64,000 bases of DNA from Mobula hypostoma (Eukaryota): NCBI RefSeq assembly GCF_963921235.1, contig NC_086121.1:10850001-10914000 (forward strand). The letters run 5' to 3'. The translations under genes were made by a program, and so were the position numbers. Of the stretch, positions 25,001 to 37,000 are shown piece after piece. How positions within the stretch are numbered: the first letter of the stretch is position 1; every line of letters starts with the position of its first letter. Below the pieces are notes generated by a model that saw only the letters and a program-made list of their open reading frames with translations, did not search any database and was not told the DNA's origin.

Positions 25001-28000
25001 TCACTGGAATTCAGAAGAAATGAGAGGTGACCTCATTGAAACCTATCGAACATTGAAAGACCTTGATAGAGAGGATGTGGAGAGGATGTTTTCTATGGTA
25101 GGGGAGTCTAAGACCAGAGGACACTGCCTCAGAATAGAGAGGCGTCCTTTTAGAACGGAGATGAGGAAGATTTTCTTCCTGGCTGAATCTGTGGTGGTGA
25201 ATCTGGAATTTGTTACCACAGGCGGCTGTGGAGGTCACGTCATTGGATATATTTAAGGTAAAGGTTGATACATTCTTGATTAGTCAGGGCATGAAGGAGT
25301 ATGGAGAGAATGCAAGAGATTGGGGCTGAGAGGGAAAATGGATCAGCCATGATGAAACGATGGAGCAGACACAATGGGCCAAATGGCCTAATTCTGCTCC
25401 TATGGTCTTATGGAAGCTTGAAGTGCTTGAGGGAGTGATATGGTTCCGAATGCTCTGAGTGTTGGCATAGATTTAATGGACTGATTGAATACCTTCTGTA
25501 GAATGCAGGATTTCCATTTTTATTCATCCATTCTGATGTGGACATACCAGGCAAATTTGGTATTTACTGCCCATCTAATTGTCCTTGAGGAAGTAGATTG
25601 TCAGAGTTCTTCAACCATCAGATGGTAATGGAGTCTGTTTTTGTTGTGACTGATGAAATTTGCTTGCTGCCACCAGATTATTGAATGAGGCAAAATGGAA
25701 GCAAACTTTTTCATTTCATGCCTTTCCTTCAGATCTCGGGTAAAGCTTTAACTTTTCTCCAAGAATCACAAGCTACTCACAGATCAGGAATAGGAAAGTT
25801 TTCTTGGCTCACAAAGCAATTCCAGTCATTATAATTATCTGAAATTATACAAAATTGTGTACAACCAGTAGCATTTGTCAGTTTGCTTTTGGTGGAACAG
25901 TGGACAGTGAAATGTTTCACTTTTGGACAAGACTCCACAGTGACCTCTTTGGGTCCTGAGCTGATCAAAGTATTGTGTCAAGACAAGGCCAGCATGAAGG
26001 GCTCATCTGAGAAAGTTGTCAAATACCTGCCCGTTATCTTTACCCTGTGTATGAGCTTAACTACCTGTTTTGAAGGATTGACAAATGGTCTCTGTCAACT
26101 ACTTCCTAATGACCTAATCAATAAACGGGTATGGCCGTAAGACATGAGCAGAATTCCATTATGGCTGATTTATTATCCTGCTCAACCCCATTGTCCTGCC
26201 TTCTCTCCATAACCTCTGTCATCCCTGTAGATGGGCCTGATGAGTGGGCCAGAGAGCTTACTCCTTGTCCCATCCTTATATTTTTTACCCAGTTATTTAG
26301 GTAATGTGATGAATACCTTGATCTTTATGACCATATTTCTAAATAATCTTTAATTCAAGACCTAACTTCTGGCATTTAAATTAGCATTATCAACAAAATA
26401 GTTTGTCATGAAGCTCCTTTATCATTTGGTTCAATTTTTTTGGTGGAGATTATCTAAATTTCCATTAGATGCTGCTTTACTGCAGACATCCCACCTCTCC
26501 TGCATATTAATAGTGGCTCCCTGATGCCTGCAAATTAGATACACTATCCCGGAATTCAATTTTTGAGCGTGAGAGAGAGAGAAAGAGCACGTCATGGGAG
26601 AGTATTCCAAAAAAAGAAAATATAAAACGTATGTCACCCCAGACTACCTTGAAGTGTACCCCTGCCTAATAGGGGTCAAAAATAATGAGAGTGTTGCTCG
26701 CTGCACTGTTTGCAACAGTGACTTTTCTATTGCCCATGGTGGGTTAAGATGGTAAAAGACATGTTGAGGTGAGTTTAACAGGTGTCATTCGTTCATTAGC
26801 ATAGCTAACGTTATTTAAACTAGCTGGCTGCCTGCTAAGGAGCTACTCTATTGCAGACATCCCACCTCTCCCGGAAGTTCCGGGAGTCTCCCGCAAATTG
26901 ATGGTGCTACCTCCCTGAAATAAGTTTTTGCAGGGTGGGATGTCTGTTACTGGTACTAGAAAGAATACCACAGGTTAAAAGGAGAAATAAAGTTTAAAGT
27001 CCATTAAAGTTTAATGCACAACTTGTTTATGCCCCTACGTTTAAGTGTCCATAAAATAGAACTTAAAAGTTTGCATATTCTTAAATTTTCAAACAGTTAA
27101 TTAAGAATGGCTTTTTGAATGTGGAGCAGATTGTTTATTGAAATTACCTTGGCCAGAGTCTGTTTGTGGCAAAGCAGGATTGGTGTTCTACTCAATTCTC
27201 TAACTTTTAGTTCTCCATTAGAGAAATGAAATGAAGTTTACTCACGAGAATTAAGAACAGTTGGAAACACAACGCCAGAACAGAGAAGTAAATACCAACA
27301 CAGACAGTTGTACATTTCAGTGTTGTGTAAACAAAGATCCACAGAACAAGAATCTGAGAAAAACCTAAGAAGCACTCACTGGAGTGAATTGTGCCAGTTA
27401 ATGCTGTTGATAAACATCCATATTGGTTCAGGACCAAGAATATGGATCATTATATATGTTGTTGCATGAATGAAGTTATCAGGGAAATGTACTGGTAGAT
27501 ACAAAGCAGCTTCTTTATTGGACAAGACAAGGCACAGCAGGCATCATACAGAGACGCTTTCAGTGGAAAGATCTGCTGGCCTAACATGGGGCTTGATATT
27601 TTATGTGCTAAACATCAAATGACAGCTCCATATTTATAATGTATGGATAATGCTTTCTTTGAAACTCTCTCAAACTTCAGACCTACCAATTCCCAAAATC
27701 ATTCTAACTATATATTCAGATAACAGTGACCCTGAAGGCAAATGTCTCTGTATATCAGACTTGTAACCGAAGTACATTTCTTTACAGCTGCAGAAGTTTG
27801 GTCATGTACTCAGCAGGTGGAGATAAAGCAGTTCTCACCTTTGCTTTGGAAATAATCAGTTGAGATCCTTGAGAGAACCAGCTACTGTTATTACAGACCT
27901 GACTGGACCCTTGAAGGCTGAGCTCTATGACTAGGTCAAGAAAGGTCATGACACAGAGTTGGCTAAAGTTGTGACGATGATGCAAGAAATTCAGAATCCC

Positions 28001-31000
28001 GCTGATAAACTGGAGAATCCAAGTATAGTTGTTCACTTCAATAAACTGCATCCAATATAGAGAGCCACAAAAGAGCCTAAGTTGAGGGCTGCAAGTCAGC
28101 TGGCAAGTAAAATGTACAGCAATGTCTGTTTGAATAGCAGACTTAGATTATGAGAACACTCAGTCCTCTTTTATTGTCATTTAGAAATGCATACATGCAT
28201 TAAGAAATGATACAATGTTTCTCTGGAGTGATATCACAGAAAATAGGACAAACCAAAGACTAACACTGACAGAACCACATAATTATAACATACAGTTATA
28301 GCAGTGCAAAGCAATACCATAATTTGATGAAGAACAAACCATAGGCACGGTAAAAAACAATCTCAATAGCCCCGAGTTGATTGACTCCCGAGTCCCCGAT
28401 AGCAGGCGACAAAAGGGAGAAACTCCCTGCCATAAACCTCCAAGCACCGTCAACTTGCCGATGCCTTGGAAGCAGCTGACCATAGCCGACACTGAGTCCA
28501 TCCGTCCGAAAACTTCGAGCCTCTGACCAGCCCCTCCAATACAGCCTCCCGAGCTCCATCCTCTGCCGAGCGCCTTCGACCTCGCCCCGGCCACTGAAAC
28601 AAGCAAAGCTGAGAATTTCGGGGTCTCTTGCTCCGGAGATTCCGGTTACCACACAGTAGCAGCGGCAGCGAAGCGGGCATTTCAGAAGTTTTCCAGATGT
28701 TCCTCCGTACTCTTGCATCCGTCTCCATAAATCAGAAATGTGCACGGTCCCCTAACTTGACAGATAACAGATATTCGTCACTGGAGAGGCCACACGTGCT
28801 GCCCTCGCGCTGCCATCTTCTCCTCCTTTATGCTCAGGCACCATTCCATTGTTTACTACACTGGCAAGCCATACTGACTGACTGACCATGTTGTGTCTCC
28901 TTTTATCAGTCAAGTTGATGGGACAACCAGTGATGGCAGAATGATCAGTTCTGATCAAATGATAACATTTAAATTCTGTTCCATTTAAATGCATAGAAAA
29001 ATTGACAGAATTCATGCACCATTTTTGCTGTTGATTGGCAGGTGAGAATTCAACAATGCTGACTCAGTTTTAAATCCTGTTGGAAACAACGTTATTGTTA
29101 TATGTTAATATTAATTTCGAGAGGCCTAGAATATAAAAGCAAGGATGTAATGCTGAGGCCTTATAAGGCATTGGTCAGACCGCAGTTGGAATATTGTGAG
29201 CAGTTTTGGATGTGCTGGTATTGGAGAGACTCCAGAGGAGGTTCACAAGAATAAGTGTGGGAATGAGAGGGTTAACATGACCGTTGGTGTCTCTGGACCT
29301 GTACTCGCTGAGAGTTTAGAAGAATGGTAGAGCAGACTTGATGGTCTAATGGTCTAATTCTGCTCCTAGCTCTTACGGTCTTATTTAAGTAACAAGAATA
29401 AAATCCTGAAATTATTGAACATCTGAGGAAAGGGAAACAGGCCAATGTTCTCATCGGAACAATTTATGCAGAAAAATAAAATTGTGTATTAAAAATTAAA
29501 GTTATATTTAATATAAATAAATTGGAGCATCATGTGTGCATAGAATCTAATGTGTACACACACTGATAACAGGGAAATTCCCCGTTAACCATAACTATTT
29601 ATCTATGAAGTTATAAATAGAATTGTAGTTGCAAATCTACTGTTGCCCCTGCAAGTTTCAGTGGTATTGATATAATCTGTAGTGTGAATTTAAGTTTACC
29701 CACATCATAAGAAAACTGAGCAGGTAGGTAGTTACAGGGGAAATACACATGAGTGTTCTGTTCCCTACTGCTGTCCCAAGTAGATAAGAACACTCACCAG
29801 AAGGCTTTCTGATTAGGTACACATCTTGGATATGGAATTACAACATTTAGATCAGGAATATCTAAATGGATGGAAAACTTCAACAAAAAATAAGAACTCA
29901 ACAAATTGAGTAACAGCTGTGGATGCAATGGAAACTCAGGTTGCAACTGGAATCTCGACATGACCATTGCAGAGAGTGTGCTGGTGCACTACTAAACAGC
30001 TGGTCTACACTTGGTTTTGCCAGTGTGGAGGAGGCCATTTCACAAGTTCTGAATGCAACAGAGCAGGATGGAAGAATTGCACATGTATCCCTACTGCACT
30101 TGGATGGCGGGAGAAGGGGAGTGCAGGGATAAGTGTTGCACCTCCTATTGTTGCAGGGGATGGGACAGGGTGGGCTTAGAAGGGAAAAATGGATTGGGGC
30201 ATCACAGGGAGAATGGTTCCTACGGAGAACAGGAAGTTGGGGAAAGATGATGATGTTTTTGGTTGTGGGATCCTGTGGAGCTGATTGAAGTGCCAAAAGT
30301 GATTTGTTGAATGTGGTGGGAAACTCTGTTTTGTCTGCTGAGAGCTTGGAGGGTGGGTGGGGAAGAGAATGGGAATGTGAGACGAGACAGCAGACATATA
30401 GGAAATGCATGCATGGGCTCCATCATCCACAGCAGGGTTGAAGCTGTGCTTCCTATGGGAGGGGGACTCTTCAGATGTCTTGCAGTGGAGACCCTCGTCT
30501 TGAGAGCAGATGTTGTGGAGACAAAGAAGCTGAGAGATGGATATAGTGTCCTTATAGGAGACAGGATGAGAGGGGGTTTATTCAAAGGGAAGGATACTTG
30601 CTGCTTATGTTTCCATGGTGGTGTACTTTATTTGAAGACAGCAGAAATCAAAATAAAATACAGTGGATTAGGCCTGGGAAGAGTTGGAAAGTAGCAAAGA
30701 CAAACCCTGAGGGACTAATATTGTCGGCCTTCTGAGATTGTCCTTATTAGGAATTTAGATGTTTGATCTTTTTAAGTAATTGTAGAAATATATTTACATT
30801 ATTCTTTTTTTCAGCTACAAAATATGAAGAATTCAAAAAGGTAAGATTACATTATATTCCTTCATTTTATTATGAGAGAAAATGACTTTTCAGGTGATCA
30901 AAGTTCAAAGTAAGTTTATTATCAAAGTACACATGTCATCATATACAACCGGGAGATTTGTTTTCTTGCGGGCATTCACAGTAAATCCAGGAAGCATAAG

Positions 31001-34000
31001 AGAATTAATGAAAGACTGCACACAACAGGACTGTCAATTAACCAATGTGTAAGAGACAACAAACTGCAAAATAATGATAATTAAGCAATAAATATTGAGT
31101 GTGGCGCATGGTTAGGGCATTGGACTAGCAATCTGAAGGTCATGGGTTCAAGCCTCGGCCTGGGCAGTGTGTGTGTCCTTGAGCAAGGCACTTAACCACA
31201 CAATGCTCCAGTCTACCCAGCTGAGAATGGGTACCGGCAAAAATGCTGGGAGTTAACATCACGATAGACTGGTGTCCTATCCGGGGGGGGCGGGGGGGGG
31301 AGTCTCGTACTCTCAGTCGCTTCACGCCACGGAAACCGGCATAAGCAGCGGCCTGATGAGCCACAAAGGCTCAGGACAGACTTTAATCTTAATCTTTAAT
31401 AAGCATTGAGAACCTGATCTACTGCGGTCCTTGTCGTTTACTTATTCTGTTGGTGTTTATGCCTTTCTTGTTAATGAAAGGATCGGGTTTGGCAAATATA
31501 CAACTAACTGGTCATAAGAAGCATCTTTTCAATTGGTTATGGTCAGGATGTTTAGTGTAATGTTTTATGCCCAGGTTAGACCAGCACTGCTCTCTCCACG
31601 GGTGAGATTCAGATTCAGATTTATTTATCACATGTACATCGAAATATACAGTGAAATGTGTCATTTGCATTAACAACCAACATTCTGGCACCAACATAGT
31701 ATACCTGCCATGCTGGTCAGAACAATAGAACGCAACAAGCAGCAAGTCAACAAAACAACAAGGCCCTTTCCTCTCCTACCGACACACATGGACAGACCTC
31801 CAACTTCAGGAGAGGCCTCTGGGCCTCCAGGCCTAGAATTACAATTATTGCCATCTTTCATTGCAAATAATCCTGACAGCAATACTCCAGTGTCATCGCT
31901 ATCTTCTGGCCCAGTACTTTGCAATTTTAAAAAAAATTATAGTTCTCTGGTAGATTTTGGCTCCAACCAATGTGCACATCAGTTAGACAAGGTATATGGT
32001 TGCACTATAGTAAGAGGATTAACTTGGCAGTGTTGGTGCAGAAGCTACCTGCCTAGAAATTCCATGGTGCTGTGCTTGCATTACTTAAGTGGTAGGAGAT
32101 TGAATTTTGTCATAAATTGAATTGTAAGAGGACCGCAACATAGCCAGAAGGAGGATGATGTGCTGTATCTTGAGTTAGTGTTGGGCGTTTTTGGAGAAAT
32201 GTAGGAGGTTGCAAACTGAAGTCAAAGTGGGAGTATTGCAAAGTGGCAGGATCAGCCTTGCTGCAGACTGAATGGAGGTTTCTCAAGCTCAGATGATTCA
32301 TGCTGTGAACAGTGGTTGAAGTCCTCAAAACTGGAAACACTCTAGGTGAATGACTTCACCTGGAAAGTCTGATATTCTTCTGGGATAAAGGGAAGGAAAG
32401 ATCTAAAAGGATAGTGGATAAGCAGAAGGATAATGTTGTACGCCCTTTCGGTTGCATGGGATAGTGTTGTCAGAAGTTTACTGTTGAGTGGAGATGGGAG
32501 AATCTTCCAGGGAGTCATGGAGTTTGTTCCAGTTAAGTCAAATTGCTCAGTTTTGTTTTTGGTAATGCATTCAGTTCTTAATAGTTTGTATATGGTAAAT
32601 GTGTGCAACCTTGTAATAGTTAGCAAACTGTGCAAAGAGTGAAGCTTTGGAGACTACTGTTCTCCAGGAGCTAACAATCTGGTGCAAGTCAACCCCATGT
32701 TCTTAGCTTAATGGGGGCTGGAACGTCCAGTCTCTTATGCAACTTAGCAACCACTGAAAAGCCAGCAAGCAAGCAAGTCATTTGACAGATTTGTAATAAT
32801 TTTACAAAATCACTTGAGTTATAAATCACTGGTAATAGCTGAGAAATTTAGATTTTTCAAAAGGAACCGGTCAAAGGAAGCAAGCATTTCTGAATACATT
32901 GCAGAACTACGCAAACTTTATCATTACAGTGATTTCAGAGATGGGATTTCTGATGCATTAAGGGACAGGCTTGTATATGTCATGCATAGTCAAAGCACCC
33001 AAAAGAGGCCACGGTCAGAAAAAGACCTAACCTTAGAACAGGCATTGACCATTGCAATATCGTTAGAGACTGCAGCAAAGGATGCAGCAGAACTACAGGA
33101 AAAGAGGTTAGAATGTGAAATGCACAAAATATCCCTGAATGGTGCAAAAAGCTAAAAAATGTTATCAATGTGGCAAATCCTCCCAAGATGCAAATGACTG
33201 TTGGTTCAAAGAAAAAGTTTGGAGAAATTGTCAAGACAAGGTCACATAGTGAGAGTGTGCAAGGCAGACAAAAAGCACAAGAGTGAAAAGTCTCACACAC
33301 AAAACTAAGCAAATGCATAAAGTGACTGAATGTAAAACAGTATTAGACAACACAGGCTCTGACAAGGTGAGCTTTCATGCCTAGAACTGCGTAGTATTAC
33401 TGAAGTGGATAACAAAATCATATGGATCTCTATAGATATATCTGATGTAAAACTGAATAAGGAACTGGAATATGTGTCAGCTTTCTCTATAATTTCAAGG
33501 GCTGACTACAAAAGACTGTGTTTTCTAAGCTACCGTTAGAGAAGATCTGAGTGATGCTAAAGACCTACACAAGTGAAAATGTGTCCCCCCAAAGGCAAAC
33601 TGGAAGTGAATGTGACAAATGGAGGCCATGCACGACAGTTAGAGCTTTGTGTTGAAAAGTGGAGGGCCAACCCTCTTCAGATGTGAATGGTTGAGAAAAA
33701 TCCAACTAGACTGGCACTCAATCAAAGTTCTCAATATCTCATCAACAGGCAACTGCAGCCCAGACGATAACACTAACCAGAGACTGTCACAGCTGCTTAA
33801 TGCACAGGACTGAAAGAAGCTGCAGAGGATTGTGAACTTAAGTCGGCTCCATCTTGGGTACTAGCCTACAAAGTACCCAGGACATCTTCAAGGAGTGGTG
33901 TCTCAGAAAGGCAGCGTCCATTATTAAGGACCTCCACCTTTTTTTGCTGTTGCCATCGGGTAGGAGGTACAGAAACCTGAAGGCATACACTCAGTGATTC

Positions 34001-37000
34001 AGGACCAACTTCTTCTCCTCTCCTATCCGATTACTAAATGGACATTGAACCCTTGGACACTACCTCACTTTTTATATTGTATAGCATTTCTGTTTTTTGC
34101 ACAATTTTTAATCTATTCAATATATGTATATTATAATTGATTTATTATTATTATTATTATTTTGTATTTTTCTTTTATATTATGTATTGCGTTGTACTGC
34201 TGCTGCTAAGTTAACAAATTTCACGTCACACACCGGTGATAATAAGCCTGATTCTAATTCTGATTCTAATGAGAAAATGTTTGGAAGGACATTGATAAAC
34301 TCAAAGGCATGAAGGCCAGAAATGAATTGGATGAAGCTGCAACACCAAGATTCCATAAAGCATGTCCAATGCCTTGCACACTACAACCTAAAGTGGATGC
34401 TGCACTTAAAGAGCTTGGAGGCGTCTGGAATTTTCTGCAAGTTTGAGTGGAGTGATTGGGCCATGCCCATTGTCCCGGTGATCAGGAAAGGGAAGGCTGG
34501 AGCAGTTCACATACATGGGGATTCCAAAGTGAGCATCAACCCAGTGCTGTGTATTGTGCAGTCCTCTACCATGAATAGAAAACATCTTGTACATTTTTGC
34601 ATCTTTGGCAGACGGGAAGAGGTTTTCAAAGATTGACTTGTCACAAACCTATCTGCAAATTGAGATTGCGGAGTCGAGCAAGAAATCCCTCACGATCAAT
34701 ACTCTCAAGGGACTTTTCCAGTATAATCGTCTCGTCTTTGACGCCGCATCATCTCCAGCAATTTGGCAAAGAGCAATGGATCAAGTGCTCCAAGGTATCC
34801 CAGGAACACAATGTTACCTTGATGACATCATTGTAACTGGTAGAAATGATGAAGAGCACCTCCAGAAACTTGGTAAAGTGCTTACCAGACTGAGTGAGTA
34901 TGGTCTGCATGCAAAAAGAGAAATGTGAGTTTTTCAAGAATAAAATCTCATATTGTGGACATGTCATTGACAAGCATGGCTTACATAAGTCACAAGACAA
35001 GACTGAGGCAGTGCTACTGGCCAAACCAGAAAATGTGTTACACCTCAGGTCGTACTCTGGCCTTGTAAACTACTACATCCGGTTTTTCCCCAACATTGCT
35101 ACAATGCTGCATCCGTTGAACACACTGTTGCAAACAAGGCCAAAGTGGGAATGGTCAGAAAGATGTGAAAGAGCGTTCAAGGAAACAAAGGGACTACTAA
35201 CGTCAGATGAACTGCTCAGCCATTATGACCCATCACTGCCCGTCAGACTGGTGTGTGATGCATTCCCTTATGGCACTGGGGCCGTTTTGTTGCACACTAT
35301 GAAAGATGGATCTAAACATCCGATTACATTTGCTTCAAGATCACTGCTGAGCTCAAGATGTAACTGTGCACAGATCGACCGAAAGGGACTTAATCTAGTA
35401 TGGGGAATAAGAAGTTCCATCACTACCTCCACAGACAAAAGTTTACTCTAGTGACAGATCACCATGTTCTTGTGTCTATTTTCAATCCAGGAAGGGAATT
35501 CCAGTGATGTTGCTACCCGGCTACAACATTGGGCACTGTTCCTAGGAGCCCACTCTTATGAAGTAGAGTTCAAGGGTACCAAACAACACAGCAACACTGT
35601 CAGCTTGTCATGTCTTCCACTGTTGGCAGCTGAAGAAGAGAAGTCTTCATGCTGTGATTCAGCAGAGGTGTTCCACACAGCATTGGTAGACCAGTTGCTG
35701 GTAACAATTGTGAAATGTAAAGAAAAACAAGGAATGACTCCACATTGTCTATGACATCAGCATGCAAGGATAGCCAGCTCATGGTAACCCAATGTTTCCA
35801 GAGTTCTCAGTGAGACGAGACCAACCAACAGTACGTCAAAGGATGCTGATTTGTGGATCTTGTGCTGTTCCTTCTAAACTGCATACCAGAGTGTTAGAGA
35901 ATCTGCTTGAAGGACACCTGGGTACAGTCAAGATGAAGAGTATGGCACGGAGCAATGTGTGGTGGCCGGGAATAGTTTGAAAACTTGGCCAGAAGCTGTT
36001 CAGGATGCCAAAAAGTTCAAAATGCACCCCCACAGGCACCGTTACACCCGTGGGAGTGACTGTCATCACCATGGCAAAGAGTACATATTGACTTTGCTGG
36101 GCCATTCATGGACTCCATGTTTCTGGTTACTGTGGATGCTCATTTGAAGTGGCCGGAGGTCGTACCAATGAAGTTAACCAGCTAAGAAAGGACTACTTCC
36201 ACTCTGAGGACGATCTTCACCAGAACTGGCTTATCTGAAAATAATTGTGAGTGACAACAAACCATGATACACATCAGAATTCAGGTGATTCATGAAGAAA
36301 AATGGATTCAGACGTTTCAAATCAGCTCCTCAGCACCCAGCAACGAATGGGTTTGCTGAAAGATTTATCCAAACATTCAAGAAGTCCATTAAAGCGATTG
36401 ACAAGGAGGACATTTCTCTTCGGCACAAGGTGGACAACTTCCTTTTTGTGTATTGGAACTCTGTCCTTGTGATGACAAATCAAACACCTGCAATACTGTT
36501 CATGAGCAGGAATCTGAGATCTCGCATAGACCTGAAACCAGACCTCTGGAGGGAAATGCAGAATAAACAGTTCAGTCAGTTGCTAAAAGAATCAGCAAGG
36601 AACTTTGAGATTGGGCAGGAAGTCCAACCGTGTGATTACCAAGAGAACAGGTGGACAACTGGTATGATAGCTACAGGAACTGGACCACTGATGTACACAG
36701 TGGATGTTGGAGATCTGACATGGAGACGCCTTGTGGACCAGATAGTGGATGTTCAACTGAAGAACACACCTGAGTTGATTGCATCCAGCAAGATGGACAC
36801 ATTACAGTCTCTGGACTTGCCTCTCAGTGATGATCATGTCACTGACAGCAATGTGACACCAGCAACCGAGAATGTCGTCTTTGACAAGACACCTGCCAAA
36901 CCTGATGTCACTCCACAGGTCCAGAGGAGCTATCCTGAAAGAAACAGAGCCTGAAGACACTCTCAATGTTTTAGGGTAAACTTCTCCCCCTTTACAGTAG

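Noticed and set aside
30824-30840. ATG in the micro-exon as gene start (MKNSK...)
   Set aside because: Ends in phase 2 and is out of frame with the phase-0 exon at 38748.
31100-31170. tRNA gene
   Set aside because: Has A/B boxes but continues into a SINE body and tail; no complete cloverleaf.
31350-31380. Hammerhead-like CTGATGA + hairpin in the SINE tail (similar CTGATGA at ~2186 and ~2415)
   Set aside because: No GAAA core after the stem and no compatible stem I or III.
32814-36954. Domesticated Gypsy-derived gene
   Set aside because: Stops and frameshifts in every domain plus a LINE insertion indicate neutral decay.
7040-36960. LTR/gag start at 7.0-7.6 kb and gag-pol at 32.6-37 kb being one split element
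   Set aside because: The gag pieces are roughly collinear, but host exons and 25 kb lie between them and no shared TSD is visible. Separate insertions of related families are more parsimonious.
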